Assembly (NCBI GenBank): GCA_964035575.1
Contig: OZ037841.1
Location: forward strand, 1,364,001-1,428,000
Length of the DNA: 64,000 nucleotides
Source of the DNA: Rhynchopus sp. YZ270_cl-10
Taxonomy: Eukaryota
Direction of reading: 5' to 3'
The translations under genes and the position numbers were made by a program. This document shows positions 20,979 to 32,917 of this stretch, piece by piece. Numbering within the stretch: the first letter of the stretch is position 1; every line of letters begins with the position of its first letter. The notes below the pieces were generated by a model. That model ran no database searches. It saw only the letters and a list, made by a program, of their open reading frames with translations, and was not told the DNA's origin.

Positions 20979-22845
20979 ATGAGCAAGCGACGGTCGCAGA
21001 ATGGACGGTCACGTGAGGCACGGCGATTCAATTTGATGATGAAGACGCTGCCCACACCGAGCATCCCTGTGGAGATCAAGGTATGTATCCCAGCAACGAC
21101 GATCAAGACTGAGAGGCTTAGGTTCATCTCATAAACTTTTCTTAAGTTTTGAGGAGTAAAGAGGTGTTTCTCTTTTAAAATATCTCGAATCTTGATGTAA
21201 CCAGAAAAATAGGGTTTTCATTTTCCGTTCTTCACACTTTCTTTCATTTATCGGGACGCTCATTAGGTTTCCTTCTTACATCTTCTGTTGTTGACTGCAG
21301 GATGCTTTGTGCTTTCATCCGGATGGCTGGCGTCGTACGGTGCTCAGTCGGAGGTGCCTGTATCAATAATTCCAGATTTTCTCAAAACCAACATCTCGCA
21401 CCACTACAGCTTCCTCCCGAGGCAGCAGAGCTCGACCGTCTGGGTGGGTGCTACGGGTTTTCCGTTGTCGAGAAGATATCCACACACGGCAAAGCGTATG
21501 CTCTCCCTTTTGAACAACACCACAAAACTGCAACGCCTGCGTCCGGTGTACGGTGAGGCGTTTGCACTTTCAACTGCTCTTTCTTGTCTTCGGCTGGGGA
21601 AAATGACATCATCTATGACACCAAACTTTGTGGAACCCCACGCAGCTGACACTGCGCGATAACGAATGGGATCAAGGTGAAGCACGAGAGGCTTAGGGTC
21701 ATCTTATAACCTTTCTTTTCTTTGATATTCACGAGGCACACATTCTGCCTTCACTGCATCATCCTTTTTTCTTCTCCAATGTTACAACGCTCTCCTTTCT
21801 TAGAGACCTCCCTCCATCTCCCTACCGCACATCTCCCCACAGCGTTGGACCTCGTTTACTGATAATCTACCAGCAGATGGTAGTGATGGTGCGTCCTAAT
21901 GATATGGTAGTGTCGAGGGTGGTGTCACCGACAATGGTATCCTATGTGGGATGGGCGCAGAGTGGTGATAAGGTGCGTTTTGCATTGTTCTTTGACGACA
22001 AACAGCCGACCTGGGTGTTCGAGCCGATTGATGAGCACGAACTCCATGCGGGTCGCGGCGTGGAGCGCATTTCTGAGTTCTTCGCAGCACTCTCAGACGT
22101 ACGCAGCATCACCAGAGACAAAATTTGCGCCCTAAAAAAATTTTCGTCTTTCGCCGCAATAAAGAAGGAAGCTATCAACACCAAAGATGGTGTCCCACCT
22201 CCTGACGAGCTCAAACAAAGCATCAAACAGCTTTCCACTAAACGCGCGGAAAGCACCCATGCATCTAAATACATGGAGGTTGTGAATTCTCCTAACTACG
22301 CGCATTTAGTTGTGGAGGCGCAGGCGACGTCTGCACGGGAAGGTCGTGGCGAATCTTTTTTTAGTGATCCGAAGATGGTCCGCATCGTACGCGAACCAGG
22401 TGAACGTTACGGTGTGACACTCGCAGTGTTGGTTGTAACTGCAGTGGTGGAGGGTTCGCCTGCAGAGCGTGCAGGCCTGCCGAAGTACATAGGGTGGAAC
22501 ATAGTGGAGGTGGACAACGCTCGGGTAGGTAGTCTTGAGGAGTTTAACAAAGCCACGATGCACAAAACGGCGATCAACATCAAGCTCATGCCGCCGACAC
22601 GAGGTGCACGGAAATTTGCATCTATTCGTGCAGAACGCAGTCCACGCGCCGCATCTCCAGTTAAAATAGCACGTCCACCGACCCCACCAGAGTCAATAGT
22701 AGAAGTAGAAAAAGACGTCCCTCTCCACGCTGGCCTCCTAATGGAAGAATGCGAAGACGAGGAAGGTGACATATCCGTCTTTATGCCAATGTGCTTTGAG
22801 TACGCAGACATGAACTGCTACTATGGGGATGGGAGAACGTTGTGA
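20979..22845 (+). CDS. PDZ-domain protein, 3 exons (20979-21080, 21410-21495, 21843-22845)
   Basis: GT-AG junctions join in frame (PVEIK|LPPE..THGKA|VGPRLLII). PDZ-like REPGERYGV..VVEGSPAERAGL. Confidence 0.8.
21252..21370 (+). repeat. Dispersed ~120-170 bp repeat (other copies ~43755-43902, ~47697-47870, partial ~23850-23897)
   Basis: Shared CTCATTAGGTTTCC..CTTCTGTTGTTGACTGCAG..TTTCATCCGGATGG..CAGTCGGAGGTGC. All copies are + strand. Confidence 0.75.
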
Positions 22846-24346
22846 AGGGTGGGGCATATTAGCAGCAACCGGATCGCAACGTACCTCGGTTTCGAGAGGA
22901 TTCAAAACGGTTAGATCTGGAGTGATTTTTTTTTGTTTTTTTGTTTTTTTTTCTTTTTGTTTGTTCTCCACATCGATGCGCATTGCATCTTGCAAAGTTT
23001 TTTTTGTTTTGTTTTGTTTGTTTTGTTTTATGAACACTCAGGCGGTTGCTATAACCCCACAGAGCGTCAGTGTATATACTGTATACTGTATACACCTCAG
23101 AGGGCGTCTTTACACTAATCATCACTTTTTATAGGTGGCTAAGAAGTGGGGGTGTTTTTTTTTTATCCCTCAGTCTGTACCACCATTAAACTGCAGATCT
23201 GCAGGACCTATTCAATTGGGTCTCTGCCTGCATGTGGGGTGCGAGAAACAACGTGTATTAGGCCCCTTCTTCCACATATTATATGTCCCAATCCCCCTAT
23301 GTATTCTAGCCTACCCGAAAACACTCTCCCTCTCTCTTAGAGCAATGAACGAACAGTCACCTTCTCTCTCTCAAAACAAAAAGGGAAAATGTTGCAAAAT
23401 AATGACGAACTGCGTCAAAGAAATGAACGTCTATACCTTCTGTAGTACAAAGAAAGGATTTGGACAAAATCATTGAGTACAGACCCTAGGTAGCTAGGGT
23501 GCTTAGGCGATTGTCGTCACCGCATGAAAAGAAAACGTCTTATAAGAAAGCTTCCATGATGTGTATCATGATGCTGTGGTTTTATAGGTATGTATGCTGA
23601 AGAGTCTTTCTGAGAACTATTCTGTTCAGAAGAGAACGCTCTCAGCGGTGGTCCCAAAAAGCCTGAAAAAATTGGGGTTTTATGGGATGTCTTCCTTAAT
23701 GTACTTTCTCTAAAGTATATGAAATTCATTATTTTTGGAGCGCCCACATCCCCCTTACGTTCTGGTCTGTTACATTGTGTTGTGAAAAAAAGCTGTTTGT
23801 ATGTGTATCAAAGGTCTCTTGCTTTGTTTATATTTTGTGATTTTCGTCCATCGTACGTAGGTCAGTCAGAGGTGCTTGCATTAATAACTACCTTTTTATT
23901 CTCTTGTTAGGAAGAGGCATACCTGCAAAGTCTTTTAGTTTTGTATTCGGTACAAAACCCTGCACTTTCAAGCCCTCCCCACCTACGCCGCCCACGTTGT
24001 CTGATGTATGGAGGGAAGCCTTCCCCTCAAAGAACAAAAGAAAATGAAGCCCCACCCCATACCCAACAAGATTGCCTCGCGGAGTAATACTGGTGTGGCT
24101 GAAAGGGGGTGCTATTTTTCTGCTATTTTCTGCTATTTTGGGGTCGTCGGCCACACCAAATGCCCCACCCCTTCTGATTGTGTTACCTGTTTCCGATACT
24201 TTTGACAACCCCAAACACGAGTCAGTAGCTAGTCCCTTCAGCTCGTTCGAGTGCACCGTGCTGTGGTCTCTATCGGCACAGCTTGGATGAACAGAGTGCG
24301 AGGAGCGTCCCCATTCATCAACACCACACCACAGAGAGACACAACA

Positions 24347-26137
24347 ATGCAGCTGTATGTGCTGTACCGTGGGGAACAACACCCTTTCGAAGTCGATGAG
24401 AGTATGGGAGAAGACCCAATAGAATACGTGTGTAGTCAGGTGGCGGCTGCAGTGGGGATCGAAGCAGATACCTTCACGTTGCTGTTCGATGGGAAACCTC
24501 TGCGCGACCGAGACGACATCATGCAACTGAGCGAGGACAACACGATCGAGATGACTCTGCGGGAGAGTCAATGCCCGACAATGGATCTCTCTTGGTCCAA
24601 CGCCCTCAGCAACAGAGGGGATGGCTTCCTCGCGCACCACACTTGGTTGACGACAATCACTCTTCCTCAAGAAAGCGACGTCGAGGATATAGGCCACGAC
24701 TTCCTGTCGGGGTGCAGAGGGTTGACGACAATCGATTTCTCGAGTTTCAGCTCTCTCAGGAACATAGGGGATGACTTCCTCTCGGAGTGCACCTCATTGA
24801 CAACGATCACACTGCCTCAAGAGAGCGCTGTCACTGAGATAGGCAACAACTTCCTGCGGGAGTGCAGAAGGTTGACAACAATCAGTCTGTCTGGTCTCAG
24901 CTCTGTCAGGAACATAGGGGACGGCTTCCTCGCGAACTGCACCTCATTGACAACGATCACACTACCTGAAGAGAGCGCTGTCATGGAGATAGGCAACAAC
25001 TTCCTGTGTGGGTGCAGTGGGTTGAAGACAATCGATCTCTCTTGTCTCAGCAAGGTCACAGTCATACGCAACGACTTCCTGTTGGGGTGCAGAAGGTTGA
25101 GGACAATCAGTCTGTCTGGTCTCAGCTCTGTCAGGAACATAGGAGATGGCTTCCTCGCGAACTGCACCTCATTGACAACGATCACACTACCTGAAGAGTG
25201 CGCTGTCACGGAGATAGGCAACAGCTTCCTGCGGGGGTGCAGTGGGTTGAAGACAATCGATCTCTCTGGTCTCAGCTCTGTCAAGGTCATACTCAGCGAC
25301 TTCCTGCGGGGGTGCAGTGGGTTGACGACAATCACTCTTCCTCAAGAAAGCGACGTCGAGTATATAGGCCACGACTTCATGTTGGGGTGCAGTGGGTTGA
25401 CGATAATCAATCTCTCTGGTCTCAGCTCAGTCAGGAACATAGGGGATGGCTTCCTCGCGAAGTGTTTCTCATTGAGAACGATCACACTACCTGAGAAGAG
25501 TGCTCTCCAGGAGATAGGCAACAACTTCCTGAAGGGGTGCAGAAGGTTGAAGACAATCAACCTCTCTCGCTTGAGTCGTCTTGAGGTGATCGGGAACCGC
25601 TTTCTTGCGAACTGCATCTCCGCGAAAACCGTCGTCCTGCCGATATTGAGGGACACACGCATTGGTGACCACTTCATGGCTGCCTCAGGTGTGACAAGAG
25701 TGCAGTTCCCTGTATCGAGCAGCGTGGCCGCGATAGGGAAGAACTTCCTGTGGGGCTGCACTGGCCTGCTGACAGCTGACCTCTCTGGGCTGCAGCGTGT
25801 GAGGCGTATCCAGGAAGGCTTGCTTGCGTACTGCAGGAACCTGTCTTCCGTGACCCTCTCTGGGTTGAGATCGGTCGAAGCGATTGAGGACTACTGTATG
25901 GCACGGTGCACGTCGCTGGACAGGCTTTATCTCTCAGATTTGCGTCGTGTGACGCACATCGGGAAAGGCTTCCTCTCGAACTGCACGCTGCCATCGAACG
26001 AAAGGAAAATAACAGTGAAGCTCACCGGCAGCAGCGACGTGGTGTCTGCGCGAGTGCTGTCGGGATTGGACGGAACGGACGTTGTTGAGATGGTTCCCCC
26101 AACAGAGGCTACACTTGCGTTCATTCAGGGTAGCTGA
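24347..26137 (+). CDS. Ubiquitin-like domain + BspA/TpLRR-type LRR protein (copy 2)
   Basis: First ~115 codons and last ~55 codons almost identical to copy 1. The internal repeat array differs and includes an extra block of diverged LRRs. Confidence 0.85.
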   Translation: MQLYVLYRGEQHPFEVDESMGEDPIEYVCSQVAAAVGIEADTFTLLFDGKPLRDRDDIMQLSEDNTIEMTLRESQCPTMDLSWSNALSNRGDGFLAHHTWLTTITLPQESDVEDIGHDFLSGCRGLTTIDFSSFSSLRNIGDDFLSECTSLTTITLPQESAVTEIGNNFLRECRRLTTISLSGLSSVRNIGDGFLANCTSLTTITLPEESAVMEIGNNFLCGCSGLKTIDLSCLSKVTVIRNDFLLGCRRLRTISLSGLSSVRNIGDGFLANCTSLTTITLPEECAVTEIGNSFLRGCSGLKTIDLSGLSSVKVILSDFLRGCSGLTTITLPQESDVEYIGHDFMLGCSGLTIINLSGLSSVRNIGDGFLAKCFSLRTITLPEKSALQEIGNNFLKGCRRLKTINLSRLSRLEVIGNRFLANCISAKTVVLPILRDTRIGDHFMAASGVTRVQFPVSSSVAAIGKNFLWGCTGLLTADLSGLQRVRRIQEGLLAYCRNLSSVTLSGLRSVEAIEDYCMARCTSLDRLYLSDLRRVTHIGKGFLSNCTLPSNERKITVKLTGSSDVVSARVLSGLDGTDVVEMVPPTEATLAFIQGS

Positions 26138-26581
26138 TCGGCAACAAAATGAGGCTGCAGTTGGGTTGTGCCGAGTTGCTTCAGCAGGTACAGCTGTGTG
26201 ATGTTGTTGTGTCTCTGATATTGTACGGGACAGGGGATGGGAAGGGGAGGGCAGTTAGGGGATGATGGAGGGTTGGCATGTGCCTAACATTTTGTTTATT
26301 CTCTCCCAATAATGCACCAAACAACCAAAACATTTTATTTCATTTTATCAAAACGGGGGGTCAGAATCATCACCACTGCAGTTATCTGCGCTGGCTTCAT
26401 CGTTGTCCTTCTTTTTGCAGTGTTGTTCCTTATTGGCATTCAATCTCATAAATTACAAACCACAGAACACACAATACCCCACCCCTGCCTCCCCACGGCA
26501 GCACACTCCTGAGGGGGAAGGGGGGAGGTCCCAGGGGAGCAAGGGAGGGAGGCAGAGGGAGAGGGAGGGTCCCTCGGCACG

Positions 26582-29500
26582 ATGTATAATGGGCAGCCGT
26601 CAGCGGTGTCGATGGGGGGCCCTGCAGTAGGCACTGCACCCCCTGCGCAAGACCGACAAGAAGTCTACGCTGCGTACACAGGGCCCCCGGAAGGTGTCTC
26701 CACACTGCCACCACCGGGCATCCCTGTCGCAGAACCGGTATGCTTTCTTCAGTTTTCCCTTCCCAAAGAACTTATTGTCAGTTCCAAGATGATTTGGGCA
26801 ACCAAAAACGAAAAGAAAACATTTATTCAAGCTTCCTTCAACCCCATTTGAAATAGAGTAAGACTCTCGGTTTGACAGCATCATAAGCTATTGTAAACGC
26901 AACACACAACAGATGCACCAGAACTTCCAACGCATAGTGGGGAAGGCGAAGTATGTCTGCTACAGCACACGGGTCGTCCGCAAGATCAACAATGATGGGG
27001 CGGGAAGGTATGCACCAATCCCCTTTACACAATGCCCTGTCATATCAGCAGTGTGCGATTTTTTTCTTTCTGCACTTTCAGATGTTTTCCTAGGACTCTA
27101 ATTTCCGGTTTTCTCAAAATGATAATTTATGTCTGTCCTGATCCCCTCTACCCTCACCTTTTTTCAGCCAATCAAGGGTCCTTACTGTAACCCAACGAAT
27201 GCTTTTGGTGTGCCACTGCGGAAACTTCTCTGTAAAACGAGCGATACATTTGGCGGACGTGGAGAGCATCGGGTTTTGCCCTGCTGGGGACAAGAAGAAC
27301 GTACACTTCTTGATCAACTTCAAGGAGGGCACTGGGGAGGTCTCTTTCGAGTTTGAGACGGAGGTGGACCACGAGGTGAATCGGTCGCGCAACGGCGTCT
27401 GGCATTCGATTCTTGCGATTAACGACGCTCGATCGCGCTTCCGGGATGACCTGCTTCCGGTTACCCGCTATGGCTCGATCTCACAACTCCGGAAGGCAGG
27501 GAACTTCAACAAGGCGAACTATGTACCTTATCACAAACAGCCTGACGGAGGCCACCAAGCACTCCGTGCAACACGCAAACCCGCTGTCGCCACTCCTCTT
27601 GGCCAAGCTACCCTCCGCCGTGCAGCTGATATGACCGAGATCAAACCAGTCATGACCGTCCCCGACTCTGCACTCCGAGCCAACAAACAGCCCCCCATCA
27701 CCATCTTCATCCAAAGAGCCACCCCAGACACCTCCATGGGTCTCACCGTCAACTCCATGGTCCTCGTCTCTGTTGTTCCCAACTCTGCCGCAGCGCTCGC
27801 AGGGGCAGAAGACTGTATAGGCCTCTCCCTCACACACTGCAACGGCGAGCTTGTCAAAACCCTAGATGAATTGAAGGCTGCAGCTTCCGGTGGCGCTTCC
27901 TTCTCCCTCACCTTTGGACTGCGAAATGAAGTTCAGGTCAGCCGTGTCTCCCCAACCGAGGACCTCGGGTTGAATTATGATATTGTCCGCAACAACATTG
28001 TTATTACAAAGGTTATGCCAGAAAGTGCGTGCCATCGGGCTGGGGTTCAAGCTTATGTTGGGGAATGTCTTACTCATATTAATGGACAACGTTGTGCGCC
28101 TAACAAGGAATCCTTAGGTGCAATGGTGACTGGCCAAACCGAGATGACGATGCGATTTGGGGAGCTCGACAAAGAGCCGGTGGCAGACGAGCTGGCGACC
28201 ATATCATCACCACGCGCGCCGCAAAGCCCGACCAACGCAAACTACCCTCCAGCATTCGCTCCTCAGCTTCCTCAGGTACCCCAAGCACCAGGCACGCCGG
28301 TTGCGACGGCGATGGTGCCAGAAGGGGGAGGCGGCATGGGAGGGTTTCCTGAGGGTCCATCTCCTGCCTCAGGTCTACCCTCTGGTACTGCTCCAGCACT
28401 GCCTGGCGCAGAGGGGCAGAGGGCGTTTACTGTACGAAGGGCGACCCCTCAGATGTCGCTCGGGTTAAAGTACAATACCTTTCCTAATAATGGGAAGGAG
28501 TTGCTGGCGGTGCGATCGGTGGTGCAGGGTTCTGCGTCGCAGGAGAGTGGGTTAGGCGCGTTGTTCGAGGATGGGCATGAATACGCAATTACGTCGGTAG
28601 ACGGAGTCCCCATAGGAAACGAGACCGCACTAAAACAGCTCTGTGAAGGCAAAACAACGCTGAACTTTGTGTTCGATCGGATCCCCCCGGAGGTGCTTGA
28701 CCCTCTCCTCGCCACTGCACGCCTTTCTCAGCATAGCGCAACGAATCCGACCGTTCAAAGCTTTCCTAACGAGGACCCTAATGTAATTGTGAGGGCAAAC
28801 CCTGGAGAGCCGGTTGGGTTGAATTTAGAGGATTTCTGTGTGAGTGATGTGGTTGCGGGGAGCCCTGCGGAGCGCTGTGGGTTTGCAAGGCATATCGGGA
28901 AAAGAGTTGCCACTATTAATGGGGTTCCGGTTCGCACAATACAAGAGGCGCAACAGGTTGCGGAAGGTGCCTCGCAGCTTCGCTACACATTTGAAGATGT
29001 ATCCGCAAAACCTGCGCCACCTCTTCCCCCGCCCCGCTCTCCGCCACAGCATCCAACGTTGGCACATCATGCGCCCCCTCCTTCTCTTCCTCCGTCTGAT
29101 ACTGAGATGAACCGAGATCTTGAAGTGATTGATCAAGGCTTTGTCATGGCGGATGATGAGATTGAGGAGGTAAACCCTCAAGGGTCTGGGGGAGCGTACG
29201 CCTCGGTGATGCATTCGATTGCGCAGCTGGTGGATCGGCAGAGCAGAACGGAGGAGATGTTGGTCACCTTGCTGTCCTCCCTCCAAAACAGCAACCAAAC
29301 CGCCATCGCAGACCGCGACAGCCGTCGAAGGGAGAGAAGACAGAACAGAGCCCTCCGCAGCGCCTCTCCGGAATCCAGAATAGGGTTGGGGTCTGCCTCT
29401 GCATCCGGAAGGCCAGAACCACAGGGAGCAATGAACGGAGCGATGTCATATTTCCAACCTAGCGCGGAGGTCCCGGTCTTCCACCATCCTGGTGGTGGGC

Positions 29501-29793
29501 GTGGTGCGGGAGGTGGAGGTGGAGGTGGGTACCCCCCTGCAGCGTATTCCCCGCAGTTCGGTGGAGGGTCTCCGAGGTATGGTGGTGGTGGAGGTGGTGG
29601 GAGTGCATCAGGATATCCCCATATGACGCATTTCCCGAGAGGTGAACCTCTCCCTTCCGCCCAGCGTGGGGGAACGGCATACGACATCCCATCCGCACAA
29701 CGTGGAGGCGGTGTAACCCCTCCAGGAAACGGAGTCCAGCAATACAACAAAATCGAAATCGATCTGAACGCAGGGAAGGTGATGTTGATGTAA
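26582..29793 (+). CDS. Multi-PDZ-domain protein, 3 exons (26582-26737, 26913-27007, 27168-29793)
   Basis: In-frame GT-AG splicing (PVAEP|MHQN..GAG-S|QSRVLTVT). About four PDZ-like repeats and a Pro/Gly-rich tail. Confidence 0.85.
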
Positions 29794-30954
29794 AAAATGG
29801 AGAATTCTTTTTTGTGTTTTTTTTTTGTATTTTTTTTGAAGCAAACAAAAAAGGGAATCGAATAAAATATAAGTCTCCCGCTCATGAGTAACCAACGCCC
29901 TTTTTATTAAGACATTCATGAGAGGTGCATATTATTTTTGTTTCTAGGGCGTGCGGGCAGTGCGATGGAGGGGAATAAATCAAAGAAAAAAAATTTCTCA
30001 TAAATCAGAGTTCTCAATTGTCCTCATCTCTGCCACAACTCTTGAAAGACGAGGTGTGCCTATTAAGGGCGATATTGGGTGCAGAATTCATAGTGTAGGG
30101 TATCGATGTAATAAAAACTCAGAGAAATCTCCCACCCCTCGCGAACCGGCCCCGTCCTGACTATACATATCAGTTTGACTTCTTTATGTTCTTTTATAGC
30201 CCAACTTTGTATTTCAAGTCAACTTCTTTTGGGTGATTTTAGATGACGAAGTGAAGTGAAGATTTCATTCAACTAGATGTGGGCATGTGTTGATCACTAA
30301 TAGGGGTAATTCTTGTGCAGAATATGCCCCCAAAAATGGACATTTGTGTGTGTGTGTGTTTTGTGAACAGATGCCCCATTCCCCCCTGTAGATGCAGACA
30401 GAAATGTATTGCCCATATCTCCCTTATCTTGTCTCTCTGCTTTGGGCCAAATCTTGCCGTTATTTTTTTTTTTTTGATTTTTTGAAACTAGAAATGTCAT
30501 GGGGTGCACCTTTGTCGTCTCAGTTGGTCACCATGGGTGGTTTTTGGCACAATCTCTCTTTTCAAGTTTTTCTTTTTCTTTTTTTTTTACCTTCCCCCAA
30601 TAACCTGGGGGAAGCTGTGTGACACCCGAACCCTGCTATCGGCCACAACATTAGTTTTGCAGGATGAAACCATTGATTTTTTTTTATATTTTTCAGGTGA
30701 CCAAGCACAGCGAGGCTTAGGATCATCTTGGTTTGGGGTCAGAACACAGAGCGAATGTCTATGAACAAAAGACAGAATTTTTTATATCTTACAAATCCCC
30801 ATTTCCCTTTCCCCCCCTTTCAAGTGAGGTGCTGTCTTAGTCTCTTTTGTCTAAAGCGGCTACATAACAATGATTCATCATTGGAATATGTTGCTCCGGA
30901 CTATGGTCCCAGGGCGCTTCTTTGCAAAAACCCTGCCCACAAATATGAATATAA

Positions 30955-31088
30955 GGTTACTGAGGTTTACAGAGGTTTACAGAGGTTTACAGAGGTTTAC
31001 AGAGGTTTACAGAGGTTTACTGAGGTTTACAGAGGTTTACTGAGGTTTACTGAGGTTTACTGAGGTTTACTGAGGTTTACTGAGGTTT
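30955..31088. repeat. 10-bp minisatellite GAGGTTTAC(A/T), ~13 copies
   Basis: Directly visible tandem array. Confidence 0.95.
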
Positions 31089-32917
31089 AACGACAACAAA
31101 AAAAACAGCAGCACCCAAACGGCTTGTCATTGTGTATCCCGATAAGAGTGGTTATTCGTAGATGTGTGCGAGAGCACCTTCATCTTCCAAGCCCCTCTTA
31201 TTCCCCCCCAAAGTGCGGAATTTATTTTTTGCAGTCAATAAAAAAAGCAAAAGGAAGGCCAAAGATGGCCTTCCTTTTTTTATATATGTGCAGTGTCTTT
31301 TGGTCTCAGTGGGAGTAACCCCCCCTGCTCCATTTCCCTCCTCCCCCTCCTCCCCCCCACAGAAATTTGTTGATTGTTTCCCCACAGGCATATTATTATT
31401 TTTCTTTTTTTTGGATTTCACGCCTTTTTGAGGGTAGAGCATATCAAATGTAAACCACGAAATGGATGCAGATCACCGGTCCCTGTACCAAGGTACACTG
31501 TCACGAGAGGGCTGTTTTATTGCAAATCAACTTTTTCTTTTTGGTTCTTTCGGACAGTATGAGACTTTGTTCATTTTACCAAGCTTTTCCCCGAAAAATG
31601 TATTGTACTACCAGCAAGATTTAGGCCACCCCCGGGTGTTCTGGTCAGATACCAAGGTACACTATCACGAGAGCTTTGTATTTAAAGTCACGTTTCCCCC
31701 TTTTTTCTCCTTACCCCATTCCCATACCCTTCTTTTTGTATTATGGTTCCACCACCTTGAGAAATGATGTCGGGAAACCACTGTTTCACACCCTCCCACT
31801 CCCCCCCACTGATAGTAGCTGTACTCCGTCCTCTGATGAAGTTGTGCCGTCAGAGAATCGTATACAAGTAGACAGTGCCCTATCACCTTCCCTTGGCTGT
31901 ATTGTGATAAAGTGCTTATCATAGTACAAAATACACATCACAATGCAAGATTGTGGTATGTACTATGATGGGAAATTATCACAATACAGCCACTACCCTT
32001 CCCTTGGCAGGGTGGCTAAGCAACCGCTTGGTTTATCTTAAAGCCTTTTTTTTTTTCGTTTTGTTCTGGAAAAATTGTTGGAATAGTGTAGTTGCCACAA
32101 AAAGCTCCACTGTCAGTTTTCGAAGAAGTGTTGTGTGGGTCCATTTGTGAGGCGCCACACATTTATTTGGGTTTTTTTTTCGTTTGTTTTGTTCTGTAAA
32201 AGCTCCTGTGTTTTTTTTTAAAGAGATAGCTCAGCGTAAGACTTAGGTTTATGAGGTACAGTGTGATCAAGGTTACTGAGCATGAGGCTTAAGTTCATAT
32301 TATGGTATCTTATGACTGATAGGGGGATGCAACAAAAGACGCGAGAGAATTGCGAGAAGTGCGCAAGAAGTGCGACTCATCCCCCCTTCAGCCATCTTAT
32401 AAACCTTTTTTTTTTCTTGCGCTCTTTGAAAAAGGTGAAGCATTGTTCCCTTGGGATGATGCATCATTCGAAGATCTCGGGTGGGGGGTTTTTTTTTTGT
32501 TGTGTGACATTTTTACTTAAGTCAACTTTGGTTACCCTTTTTTGTGTACCATGAAGGGCTTTCGGTTCTGCCTTCATCGTAGAGGATGTAGAGGGAATGA
32601 ATGGGGGGGAGCCGGTAGGTGGGAACCGAGGGTGCTCTCTTGCATCTTGAAGAACGATCTCTCACCCCCATTCCTTTCCATTAGTGGGGAGGAAGGCGCG
32701 GGGTGCGTGTAAAGCATACAATGGTCCAGGTGGGCTGCTGCCGGTGGTGTACCAACCCCGTTCACATTATGCCTTGGGTTTATTTTGTGTATCTTTCTGA
32801 TGGGCATTTGCATCCTTTTTTTTAAATTAGAAATACCTTTTTGCAAGGTTTCTTTTATTTTATTTTGGGACCATTTTTGTTGATCCCTCACCATATACTA
32901 TCAATTTATTGATTGCA

